A stretch of DNA of 55,167 nt from Thermoproteota archaeon (lineage in GTDB: Archaea > Asgardarchaeota > Jordiarchaeia > Jordiarchaeales > Freyrarchaeaceae), in the NCBI GenBank assembly GCA_029258835.1, contig JAPDJY010000050.1:1-55167 (forward strand). Reading direction: 5' to 3'. This document shows positions 26,681-36,409 of this stretch, one piece after another (position 1 is the stretch's first letter; each line of letters opens with the position of its first letter). The notes under the pieces are model-generated. The model was not told the DNA's origin and did no database searches. It was given only the letters and a program-made list of their open reading frames with translations. The position numbers and the translations under genes were made by a program.

Positions 26681-27295
26681 ATGGTTGAGGGTTATGAGGC
26701 TGACGGTGGCGAGCACGGTGGGAGGTATGAGGAGCTGGCCGCTGACTTTAAGAAGCTCATGGAAAAGTTGAAGGTTGACGAAGACGGTAGAATAACGATG
26801 GATGGTGCAAGGTACATCTTCCTCCCTCAAGACCTGCTTGTTAACAGGATCTTCGTGTCCTTCCTGCGCGTCATTGGCCCAACCCTTAACACCATTGTCT
26901 GGCCTGTGATCGGATTTGCGGGCTACGTGGTGGCCCGCCAACTCATGAGCGAAGGCACCCCACCCGAGAAAATCATTGAAGCATACGCTAAATTTAATAA
27001 CCCCCGCGGGTGGGGCCTAACGGAGGCCGTGAGCTTTGACATGGACAAGCCTGAGGCCATTGTTAGAATGAGGAACTCTATGTTCGCCAGAGGGGTTAGG
27101 GAAAGCGTTGAAAACGTTAAGGAATCGTATCCCTTCTACACATGCCCTTGGGGACACGTCTTCCAGGGGGCAATCAGGGCAGCCTTAGAGGAAAGCGGCC
27201 GTCAACCCCCACCATTAACGTATACTGAAACCAAGTGCGAAGCGTTGGGAGATGACTGCTGCGAATGGCACATAAAAAGGAAGGAGGAAGAGTAA
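26681..27295 (+). CDS. V4R domain protein
   Basis: GRITMDGARYIF, GWG, C..ETKCEALGDDCCEW Zn motif. Confidence 0.8.
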   Translation: MVEGYEADGGEHGGRYEELAADFKKLMEKLKVDEDGRITMDGARYIFLPQDLLVNRIFVSFLRVIGPTLNTIVWPVIGFAGYVVARQLMSEGTPPEKIIEAYAKFNNPRGWGLTEAVSFDMDKPEAIVRMRNSMFARGVRESVENVKESYPFYTCPWGHVFQGAIRAALEESGRQPPPLTYTETKCEALGDDCCEWHIKRKEEE

Positions 27296-27840
27296 TGTGC
27301 GCTGAACTCGTCAAACGGTTCATAGAGTCCCTCAGGATAACGGAGGATGGAAGCCTAGTAAGCGATGGGAAGCGCTTCTCCTTCACTGTTCCAGCATTCC
27401 TTGTCTCATCGCTGAAGCTTATACCTGAGGAGAGGGTTGGCAGAGCGGTGGTGGAGCCAATCTACAGGAAATGTTATTCCGACTATGGTGCAGAGCTCGC
27501 CCAAGAAAACAAGGAGTTAAGTCTGAAGGAAACAGTCGAGTTACTCTTAAATTCCTTCACGTGCTACGGGTGGGGCAGAGGCGAACTCCTCCACTGCGAT
27601 GAAGAGAAGCTGGAGGTGTCCTTCAGGGTTTACGCCTCAGTCTACGGAGAGGAATACGCAAACTACTTTAAGGGGAAAGGCGGCGCACCGTACCCGGTCT
27701 GCCCATACGGCTACGCCGTGGAGGGAATCCTAAACGTCTTCGCAGAAAGGAAGGGAGAAAAGAAAACGTTCTCCTCGCAAGAGGTGAAGTGCGTCGCTAA
27801 GGGAGACGAGTACTGCGAGTTCATAGTGAAGGAGCTCTAG
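27295..27840 (+). CDS. V4R domain protein
   Basis: YGWG, VC..EVKCVAKGDEYCEF; TAATG overlap with the upstream stop. Confidence 0.82.
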   Translation: MCAELVKRFIESLRITEDGSLVSDGKRFSFTVPAFLVSSLKLIPEERVGRAVVEPIYRKCYSDYGAELAQENKELSLKETVELLLNSFTCYGWGRGELLHCDEEKLEVSFRVYASVYGEEYANYFKGKGGAPYPVCPYGYAVEGILNVFAERKGEKKTFSSQEVKCVAKGDEYCEFIVKEL

Positions 27841-28035
27841 AAGGATTTCATCCACCGTCTTCCATTATCCCTCATCATCTAAGCCGGATGAGAAAGAGGA
27901 CGTCACTTAAAGCTTTAGAAGCCGCTTCAGCGTCAATACGTCCTCCCTCTTAACTAGCCATCCTCAGCGCTGCACGATCAATTCCCAGGTCTTTAGCGTT
28001 TCATCATAAAAGCATCACCCAACAACCCTCTCTAC

Positions 28036-29199
28036 CTACAGAGGTTCTAGTAGCGTTTCCACACGAACATCACCCAACCTCAGCTGCCTCTCCCCTGATA
28101 TCGAAATGAAGGGGGACGCCCTCCCCATGGAGACCCCCAGCTCGGCAAGCATCCCGGCATCCTTCACTTTTCCACCCTTCTCTCTTAAAGCGGTTATCCT
28201 TCTCGCCGATTTAGGCCCTATTCCGGGAACCCTTAACAGCTCCTCGTAGTTTGCCTCGTTAACATCCACCGGGTAAAGGTGAGGGTTGCTGAGGGCGAAC
28301 GCAAGCTTCGGATCCACCCTCAAAGGAAGGTTTCCCTCCTCGTCAAAGACAAGCTCCTCAAGCTTAAACCCGTAAACTCTTACGAGCCAATCCGCTTGGA
28401 AAAGCCTGTGCTCCCTAACCTTAGGCGCCTTAGGCTTCTCCTCAAACGGGGTTCCCCTTATGGGGGTAAAAGCCGAGTAGTAAACCCTGTTGAGGTCCAT
28501 CTTATCGTAAAGCCAACACACTCTCCTTAGAACTTCGAGGTCTGACTCTCCGCCTCCCCCTATAACAAACTGCGTTGTGTGGCCTGAAGGCAGAAAACCC
28601 CTCCTCTTCAACCAGCTAATCCACCTCATCCTCCTAACTAGATCGACGCCGAAGTCCTTGGTTGAAGACAGCTCCTGAAGCCTTGCCTTGCTGGGAGCCT
28701 CAAGGTTAACGCTAATCCTATCTGCAAGCTTGGCGGCCTCCCTGACCATCGAGTATGAAGCCCCGGGAAGAACCTTCAAGTGTACGTAACCCCTAAAGCC
28801 ATACCTCTCTCTCAAGATCCTCACCGCCTCGACCATCTCCTCCATCGTCGAGTCGCTGTCTCCGCACACGCTCGAGGAGAGGAAAAGCCCTTCCACGTAC
28901 CCTCCGTGGTAAAGCTCCATGAAGAGCCTGGCAAACTCCTCCGGAGTGAACTTGACTCTCCTCCTGCTAGATAAACGCGAGAAGGCGCAGTAGCCGCAGT
29001 CGTGGACACACCTGTTAGTGTAAAGAATTTTAAGCAGGTTCATGCATCCGCCATCCGGGAGGGCTGCAGGATAAACCCAAGGGCCTAGGAGGGGGCAGGA
29101 ACCGGAGCCCCTCCTAACCTTCCTGAGAGTAGGGGATGAAGCACACTTGTCAAACTCGGCCCCAGCACCTAAAACCCTCAGCTTACCCACAGCGTCCAT
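28036..29199 (-). CDS. Putative DNA modification/repair radical SAM protein with HhH domain
   Basis: TNRCVHDCGYC, GLFLSS, GYVHLK, REHRLFQADWL, LLRVPGIGPKSA. Confidence 0.9.
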   Translation of the reverse strand: MDAVGKLRVLGAGAEFDKCASSPTLRKVRRGSGSCPLLGPWVYPAALPDGGCMNLLKILYTNRCVHDCGYCAFSRLSSRRRVKFTPEEFARLFMELYHGGYVEGLFLSSSVCGDSDSTMEEMVEAVRILRERYGFRGYVHLKVLPGASYSMVREAAKLADRISVNLEAPSKARLQELSSTKDFGVDLVRRMRWISWLKRRGFLPSGHTTQFVIGGGGESDLEVLRRVCWLYDKMDLNRVYYSAFTPIRGTPFEEKPKAPKVREHRLFQADWLVRVYGFKLEELVFDEEGNLPLRVDPKLAFALSNPHLYPVDVNEANYEELLRVPGIGPKSARRITALREKGGKVKDAGMLAELGVSMGRASPFISISGERQLRLGDVRVETLLEPL

Positions 29200-29557
29200 A
29201 AAACCCTCCTCAAACCAAAATTACACAAGCAGACTTTTAAACCTCTCCCTCAGCGTCCAGACCCGCCCAGAAGCACGAAATCCCTGAGGAAAACCGACAC
29301 CTCACAAAAATAACATTAACACACTAAAACCATTTAAAGCCGGCAACCAGTCAAACCCCCACAATCGTCTCCACCACTTGAAAGGCTTTTTGAAAAAAGG
29401 AAGAGAGACGGATACGAATGCTTTTTCAGGAGTTTTGCTCTTTGAAGGTTGAATAATGGGGGAAACGTGTTAAGCGTGTCGTCGTATCCGAAAGGATCCA
29501 TCAAGGTCACCGTGACAATACGTTTTCATCGACGTTCTGGTTGGAATGTGAGGGTGA

Positions 29558-29758
29558 ATGGTAGCGAAAGGAAGGAGTATAAAACGTGAGTTGGCAGAGA
29601 AGGTGATGAGTAAGTGCCTTAGCGAATCGTCAGTCTACGATAGGTTATGTGGTCTGCCTTTGGAACAATGGAAAACCGACTTAAAGGTTTTGAAGGCTTC
29701 ATCTGAGAAAACTTCCCCTCAGGCTTCCAGTTCCTTCAAGGCATCGTTTCGAAGGTAA
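29558..29758 (+). CDS. Small hypothetical protein
   Basis: 66-aa ORF with GAGGGTG RBS; no motif recognised. Confidence 0.3.
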   Translation: MVAKGRSIKRELAEKVMSKCLSESSVYDRLCGLPLEQWKTDLKVLKASSEKTSPQASSSFKASFRR

Positions 29759-29795
29759 AAAGGGGGGAGGTTGCTTCGGGTTAGGCCCACCCATA

Positions 29796-30836
29796 CTACT
29801 TGTAGATCTTTCCGGCTCCCCCGTAGGTGAGTTCTTCGCCTAGGGCTAGGCGCACTAGATTACTTAGCATGTACGGCTCTAACCCCTGGGCTTTCGCTCT
29901 GCTCCTCAGACTTAAGGCGCACAGCGGGCATAGGAAGACCATGGCTTCCGCCCCGTTCTCCTTTGCGTCCATTATGTTCTTCATCCTCCACTCCTCCACG
30001 GTCTCCTTCGGAATGGTGGACATTCCAGCCATTGCCCCGCCGCAGCAGAGCGCGTTCAGCCTGTCATACTTCCTCTTAACCCTTTCAACTCCTATCAGCT
30101 CGAAGAGCTCGTCGAGCATCTTGTCCTTCTCGAAGGTGTACCTTGAAGCGCATGGCTGCTGGTAAGCTATCTTCATGTTGAGCTTTTCAACCTCGTCTTG
30201 GTGCTCCTTGACGTAGTCCCTCAGGTACTCTATTATGTGAACTGGCCTGAACGGTAGCTGTATTCCGAACTCTTTAACCTTGTTGGCGAGCATGACGTAG
30301 CAGTCGTCATGGTAGCATATTACCTCCTTTGCCCCAACCTCCCTTACGACCTTCGCCAAGTTATCCACGAACTTCTGAGCGTTATTCCTAACCATGCTGG
30401 GTCTTCCCACATGTATCCAGCCGATGTAGCAGAAGTAGTCTCCACCCTTCGTGATGGTTAACCCGTCGAAGAGCTTTCCCTCTATCACGCCTGGGAGAAG
30501 ATCCACGGTGCAGAGGTTTATAACCGGCTTCCCAGCCTCCCCCTTTATAACCTCAGACGGCATCTGCGACGCCATAGTCATCATGTTGATCGCGTTCTCC
30601 GTAGCCGGGAAGGTTCCAGTTTCCTCTTGCCTCTCGTTAATGAGGTCGAACGGGTTAGCCCCCTCAGGACAGAAGGTGTTGCAGGCAACACAGGTGATGC
30701 ACTCGGAGGTCACAGGGGTCGGCTCGCCCTCAATCAGCTTCCTGAACTCCTCCTTCGCCTTCTCCTCAGGGTACGCTAGGTAGGGGCACCTCATAAGGCA
30801 CTCTCCACAAAGAGTACACTTCTCCCTATAAAACAC
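29796..30836 (-). CDS. (Fe-S)-binding protein: 4Fe-4S dicluster + CCG domains (HdrD/GlpC-like)
   Basis: CTLCGECLMRCP, CITCVACNTFCP, QQPC, LCCGG, CPLC. Confidence 0.88.
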   Translation of the reverse strand: MFYREKCTLCGECLMRCPYLAYPEEKAKEEFRKLIEGEPTPVTSECITCVACNTFCPEGANPFDLINERQEETGTFPATENAINMMTMASQMPSEVIKGEAGKPVINLCTVDLLPGVIEGKLFDGLTITKGGDYFCYIGWIHVGRPSMVRNNAQKFVDNLAKVVREVGAKEVICYHDDCYVMLANKVKEFGIQLPFRPVHIIEYLRDYVKEHQDEVEKLNMKIAYQQPCASRYTFEKDKMLDELFELIGVERVKRKYDRLNALCCGGAMAGMSTIPKETVEEWRMKNIMDAKENGAEAMVFLCPLCALSLRSRAKAQGLEPYMLSNLVRLALGEELTYGGAGKIYK

Positions 30837-30939
30837 TCTAAAATCCCCCCACTGGTGGTGGCAATTAACAATTGGATGTCATATCCTTAAAACCTTTATC
30901 TTAAAGCTCCACTCATGGTGGAGCGCTCAACTTGCTCCA

Positions 30940-31722
30940 CTATTGGCGAAGTACCTCCATCACCATGCTGGCAAAGTCTCCCGGCTTCTCCATAACCGCC
31001 ATATGTCCCGCATCATGGATTAGCGATATGACGTCCCCCTGACCCTTGAACCTTACGTCCCTAGACAGCTTCCTAAAGATCTCATCATGCTCGCCGTAAA
31101 CGAGGCGCACCGTGCTCTTACTGGACAGCACCATTTCCCACTCGTCAAGTAATGGTTCACGTATGTGATCGAAGAATGCTTTCAGCTGTGCTCTGACCAG
31201 GACGCCTGTTTCCCTGTTGAATGTGCTTTTAATCATCTCCTTTACCTCCTCATAGACCGGGCTTTTCCTCCCTTCAACCAGGTAGCCTGAAACCATGGAC
31301 CCTGCTAATGCGCGGAGAAAGGAAAGCGCCACCCTGTTCGTGAACATCCAAGGAGCATACTTGGCTATGTTACGGAGTAACGGGTCCTCGTGGGATTCGT
31401 GGAAGCTGGGGGCATAAATCACAAGCTTCTCCCTTGGCTCCCCCTTGGACAAGTAGTAGAGTAAAACGTTCGCCGAGAACGAGTGTCCAATAATCAGGTC
31501 AGGCTTCGTATCGGATACAAGCTTCCTGAGCCCATAGCAGTATTCCTCCATGCTCTCCCCACATGGGATAATGAGCTCCTCCGGCCCGGCATAGTACTCG
31601 CCATATATGAAACTCCAACCATAAGCGGAGCAGTACTCGGCTAGGCGTCGATAGAGAACCCTGGAGTAGCAGAATCCTCCAGGAAGAACCAGAATCCTTC
31701 TTCCCAAACTTTTACCCTCCAC
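30940..31722 (-). CDS. Alpha/beta hydrolase
   Basis: LPGG oxyanion loop, GHSFS nucleophile elbow, YGEHD, DAGHM. Confidence 0.78.
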   Translation of the reverse strand: MEGKSLGRRILVLPGGFCYSRVLYRRLAEYCSAYGWSFIYGEYYAGPEELIIPCGESMEEYCYGLRKLVSDTKPDLIIGHSFSANVLLYYLSKGEPREKLVIYAPSFHESHEDPLLRNIAKYAPWMFTNRVALSFLRALAGSMVSGYLVEGRKSPVYEEVKEMIKSTFNRETGVLVRAQLKAFFDHIREPLLDEWEMVLSSKSTVRLVYGEHDEIFRKLSRDVRFKGQGDVISLIHDAGHMAVMEKPGDFASMVMEVLRQ

Positions 31723-32064
31723 TTCAATTCCCTCTAACCCCTTTAGAAACGTCTTTCTCCGGTAAATTTAAGGGTTCCCGCCGACGCTGAAAACGTTGAC
31801 CCCACCCCCTCCTTTCCAGTAGCCTTTTGCGAGCATCCCTATGAAGTCTCCTCCACCCCTCCTCCAGAAGGGTCCTCCGCCACCGTAAGCCACGGCTACG
31901 CCCCTTATCGACGCTACCTGAAGCGATGACTTAAGCCGTCTGAAGGTTGGTTCGCCGCCCGGAACACATCCTTGAACACCCTAAATTTTCCGGCTCCTGC
32001 GACAGCAGAATTTTTAATTAGCTCTGCTCTCAGAGTGATGTTACTATGTTAAGGTGAATGGGTT

Positions 32065-33381
32065 ATGGTAGGGTTGGAAGAGCTTAAACAGCTGGTGGCT
32101 GACGAGATAACCCAGATGAGAGAGGAGGGATACGACGTTACGAGGGTTGAGGAGGAGTTCAAGGGGCAGGAGGGGGAGCCGCTTAGAGCTTGAGGAGCTT
32201 CTGAAGGAGCTGGGAAGGTGCCGGTTGAGGCCAAGCTTCCCTTACAAGGAACCCGTAGACCTGAACGGCATAAGGACTGAGAGGCCTGAGGGGCCAAGGG
32301 TCATAGACCTTGACCTGTCGAGGAGGGAGCTCTTAGACAGGATTCTTGGAGGGTGGCTTGGAAGGTGTGCAGGGTGCCTTCTAGGCAAACCAGCTGAACT
32401 TCTGACTAGAGAGCAGATCGAGGAGTGGTTGAGGAGGGCGGACGCCTATCCCCTCAGAAATTACTTCCCGCCATTACCAGAACCCGCCGACTTCCCCGAC
32501 TGGCTTAGGCACCGGCTCCTAAACCGTAGAGTCCTGCTTGGACACATAAGGGGGATGCCGCGCGACGACGACATAGATTACACGATCCTAAACCTTCACC
32601 TACTTGAAACAGTAGGCTTCAACTTCACCACGGTGGACGTCGGCACCGTCTGGCTGACCATGATCCCATACCTCATGGTTTACACGGCGGAACGTGCAGC
32701 ATACAGGAACCTTGTAAACGGCCTCACACCCCCGGAGACAGCCACTTTCATGAACCCTTACAGGGAATGGATAGGTGCGCAGATTAGGGCGGACATGTGG
32801 GGCTACGTGACGCCTGGAAAGCCAGAGCTCGGAGCCGAGCTTGCATATAGGGATGGCAGCCTCTCCCACGTTAAGAACGGCGTGTACGGTGAAATGTTCG
32901 TCAGCGCTATGCTAAGCGCAGCTTTCACGACAAGCGACATCGAAGAAATAGTTGAAATCGGCCTATCCGAGATCCCCAACGGTCAAGGCTTGCGGAGGCG
33001 GTAAGGGACACCGTCAACTGGAGTAAGAAACGTGACGATTGGAGAAGCACGTGGGAGAGAATAATGGATAAGTATGGCCACTACAGTCCAGTACACACAA
33101 TAAACAATGCAGCCCTCGTCCTTCTAGGACTCCTCTACGGGGAGGGTGAATACGAGAAGAGCGTGACGATCAGCGTTATGGGAGGACTGGACACCGACTG
33201 CAACGGTGCAACAACAGGCTCTATACTCGGAGTCATTTTAGGCGCAAAGAACCTGCCAAAGAAATGGATTAAACCCCTTAAAGACACTGTTGAAAGCTCC
33301 ATCACGAACTTCAACAACAGCAGGATCTCACACCTAGCAAGGCGCACCCTCAAACTGGCAGAGGCCACCCTAAACAGCTAG
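32065..33381 (+). pseudogene. ADP-ribosylglycohydrolase family gene split by two frameshifts
   Basis: Three frames join: MVGLEELKQLVADEI.. / ..GCLLGKP..RDDDIDY..IGAQIRAD..SHVKNGVYGE..EIP / RSRLAEAV..GLDTDCNGAT.GS; shifts near 32172-32176 and 32977-32979. Confidence 0.85.
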
Positions 33382-33430
33382 CAAGCCTAAAGGGACAGGT
33401 AGCGTAAAGGGTTATTCAGGGCTAGACCCC

Positions 33431-34474
33431 TCAACCCTCCTCAGCCCTCCTCAGCATTTCATCCACTGACACGTTATGTCTTAAGGCAATCGCTTTAAGC
33501 GCTCTCTCAGCCTCCCTCCTAACCTTCTCCTCCGGATGCAGGCGAAGAGGATCCACAGCCCTTGCCGCTTTCACACCTCCAACCCTGCTTAATGCTTTTA
33601 GTGCAGCCAGCTTAACCTGCAGGTCCACGTCTGATAGGGCTTTGACCAGAGCGTCCTCCGCATCCTCGTCGCCCATGCTTCCCAGCGCTGATGCGGCCCA
33701 GAAGCGAACTCTGGCATCCTCGTCCCTTAGTGCTTCCTCAAGGAACTCCCTTGCCTTAGGGGAACGAGTTAACCCCAGCGCTCTGACAGCGCTCACCCTG
33801 AGCTCAGCCTCCCTCTCCCGCAGCATCCTACCCAGGTATGGGACGACCTCCTCATCCGCTATCTTCCCGAGCGCCTCAGCAGCCTCCCCTCTAACCCTCC
33901 AGTCCCAGTCGTCTAGGAGCCTTAAAAGCTCGTCTTTAGCCCTCACCTCCCCAACCTCGCCGAGCACCCTTGCAGCCCCAGCCCTCACCCTCCAATCGTC
34001 ACTTTTAAGCAGTTCAATGAGCTTATCGGAAAAGCTTGACGCAACCTTTATGAGGGCTTCCATCGCCGCGGTTCTAACGCGCTCATCGTCATCCCCTAAA
34101 GCCTTAGCCAGCACGTCGAAGCTTCTCCCCTTAGAAACATGAATTATCCCTTTAATCGCCGCGAGCCTGACGTCTCCATCCTCGTCGTCCAAAAACTTTT
34201 CAAGATGGGTTAAGGCCTGAGGGCTTCCAATCTTGCTGAGAGCCCTAGCAACCCTGACCCTAACCTCCACTCCTTCCCTTTCAGTGAGCCGTGCAAGCTC
34301 GTCCACCACGTCCGCGTCCCCGAACTCTCCCAGGAAGTCTATGGCTTCAATCCTAGTCCTTTCATCCCTATCGCTTAGAAGGTAGACAAGCTGGAGGATG
34401 GCTTCCTTACGTCTACCAGACCTGTACTTCTCAACCGCCTCCCTGACCTTCCTTGACATGGGACGCATCGTCAC
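33431..34474 (-). CDS. HEAT-repeat (PBS lyase-like) protein
   Basis: About nine LxDxDxxVRxxAxxALG units. Confidence 0.9.
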   Translation of the reverse strand: MTMRPMSRKVREAVEKYRSGRRKEAILQLVYLLSDRDERTRIEAIDFLGEFGDADVVDELARLTEREGVEVRVRVARALSKIGSPQALTHLEKFLDDEDGDVRLAAIKGIIHVSKGRSFDVLAKALGDDDERVRTAAMEALIKVASSFSDKLIELLKSDDWRVRAGAARVLGEVGEVRAKDELLRLLDDWDWRVRGEAAEALGKIADEEVVPYLGRMLREREAELRVSAVRALGLTRSPKAREFLEEALRDEDARVRFWAASALGSMGDEDAEDALVKALSDVDLQVKLAALKALSRVGGVKAARAVDPLRLHPEEKVRREAERALKAIALRHNVSVDEMLRRAEEG

Positions 34475-34621
34475 GGTTCCACCTCTAAACCTTAAAGGCG
34501 TACAACCACCTTTAAAACGTAACCCATAAATTTTTGAGGGTTCGCCGGTTGAAGACCGGTTTTAGCCCGTTGTACCAAGAGGCAGCGTGCCAACAGAAAC
34601 TGGAATTCACGTTCAATCGGC

Positions 34622-35842
34622 TTATTCACCGACTAGTTCTATCTGAAGCCTAAGATGCTCCTTCAAGTCCTTAGTAACCAAAAAGTTCCTTCTGACGTGA
34701 TTCATTCCTTCCTGTCCAAGCTTCTTAGCCAGCCACCTCCTCCTGAGGAGGAGCGTAACCTTCTCAGCTGCCTCCTCAACGCTGTCCACGAGGAACCCTG
34801 TAACCCCATCAATAACCTGTAATGGTATACCCCCCGCCCGGGTTGCTACAACTGGTACCTCCTTCCATAGGGACTCGCTGACCGTCAGCCCGAACCCCTC
34901 CTTTATGGAGAGTTGAAGCGCAACCGAGAAAGACCTCTGGAAAGCGTTAACCTCGACGTCATCAAGGTTTGCCAGCACGTGTACATCCCTGAACCTCTCC
35001 GCCTCCCTAACAGTTTTCTCGTACCATTCCCCACACTCGGGGTCGTCGTGGGCGAAGCTTCCTATGAGGACGAGCTGTACGTCCTCAACCTTCTCCCTCA
35101 CCTTCCTGAACGTGTCTATTACCCCTAAAGGGTTCTTCCAGGGGTCAAACCTCGCAACCTGACCAATAATAGGCCTGTCAGGGTCAACCCCATACCTCTC
35201 AAGAACACCCAAAATCTCAGACTGACCCAAACCCCTATTCTTATCAGACAAAGGATCTATGCACGGGTGCCTTATGAAAACCTTAAAGTTTCTAATGTCC
35301 CCTGGCACATATGCCTCATGCGAGAATATTAGTGCGTCGTATTTTTCGACGTATTTCTTCAGGAAGCTCCAGACCTTCATGTTTGGCTGGGAGGTGTCAA
35401 TGTGGCACCTCCAAACCCACCTACCACCCTCCCTAAACTCCACAAGCGGAAGAGGCTGAGGATCATGGATCACAACGACGCCGTCACTGTCCAAGGAGTC
35501 TGACCTAAGCATCTCAGAATTCATCTCGTTAACTTTAAGGTATATCTCCTGTAGGTCCCTGCCTATTTCTATGGACGCGTCCCCCTGCAACGCGTTGTGG
35601 ATCGACTTGGTTACGTCAAAGAAATCCTTACTTCCACGAATGACAAGCCACTCAGCCTTCACACCAACCGACTTGGTGAGGGGGACGAGGCTTTTTAGTA
35701 TTTCAGCTACTCCTCCACCATATGCGGTAGCGTTCACGTGGATGACCTGTGTACCCTTAACCCTCTCCGCCATGCAGAGGATGTCTTCAACCTCATCCCT
35801 GCCAACAACAGGCTCATACTCTCTGATGTCTCTTACAGCCAT
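34622..35842 (-). CDS. treT: TreT-like glycosyltransferring trehalose synthase (GT4), copy 1
   Basis: HVNATAYGGGVAEIL, IHDPQP, WRCHID, RFDPWK, EGFGLTVSE. Confidence 0.88.
   Translation of the reverse strand: MAVRDIREYEPVVGRDEVEDILCMAERVKGTQVIHVNATAYGGGVAEILKSLVPLTKSVGVKAEWLVIRGSKDFFDVTKSIHNALQGDASIEIGRDLQEIYLKVNEMNSEMLRSDSLDSDGVVVIHDPQPLPLVEFREGGRWVWRCHIDTSQPNMKVWSFLKKYVEKYDALIFSHEAYVPGDIRNFKVFIRHPCIDPLSDKNRGLGQSEILGVLERYGVDPDRPIIGQVARFDPWKNPLGVIDTFRKVREKVEDVQLVLIGSFAHDDPECGEWYEKTVREAERFRDVHVLANLDDVEVNAFQRSFSVALQLSIKEGFGLTVSESLWKEVPVVATRAGGIPLQVIDGVTGFLVDSVEEAAEKVTLLLRRRWLAKKLGQEGMNHVRRNFLVTKDLKEHLRLQIELVGE
35037..35472. repeat. 436-bp identical repeat, copy A (within treT1)
   Basis: No mismatch found by eye against 40424..40859 (offset 5387). 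Confidence 0.9.
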
Positions 35843-36409
35843 GCATCCCACCTGACATCCACTTTCCACTAGTCTCCTTCCCAGCTAAGCCCTCTAAGGG
35901 GCAGCATCCTACTTTTCCCTCCAACAATTAATGGGTAAAGCCCCCCGGCTCAGCACTATAGATCCTCTCTTTCCCACAGTTCTCCTGAAATTCACTAGGC
36001 CACCTTCCCCATCAGAAAGGAGAGTCAACGAAAAACAGGGTTTAGGTTTGACGTTGGGCGTCCCCATCGGATATCACCCATCTTGAAAGCAAGTAACGGA
36101 ACTATTGGGTTATAAATCTTTCTCATAGCTTCCTCCATTCTCAGGTTATACCTCCCGTTAAAACCTCGTGGTCAACGTCACGTCTCCACCCTGCACTTCT
36201 TTAGATTAAGGGTTCCCCGCCTCGGCGACTCCTAGAGTAGAGACTCCGCACTCCACCCCGGTCACGGCGGCCTGCCCGGAAGCGTTATCTCCTTGAACAA
36301 TCATCCCGCCTTTAACCAGCGGGCAAGCCCTTAATGAAGCCTTACTAGCCGTCCACCGCCAAACTCAGAAATCCTTTTAAGCAGCCTCCTTTTTCTGTGG
36401 AAAAGTGAG

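Noticed and set aside
30906-30924. GCTCCAC-N5-GTGGAGC hairpin
   Set aside because: A single 7-bp stem could arise by chance; role not assignable
36180-36360. GC-rich intergenic stretch as tRNA or structured RNA (also 31780-31960)
   Set aside because: No cloverleaf, T-loop or C/D boxes found; the shared GAACCCTTAA ends look like BRE/TATA elements
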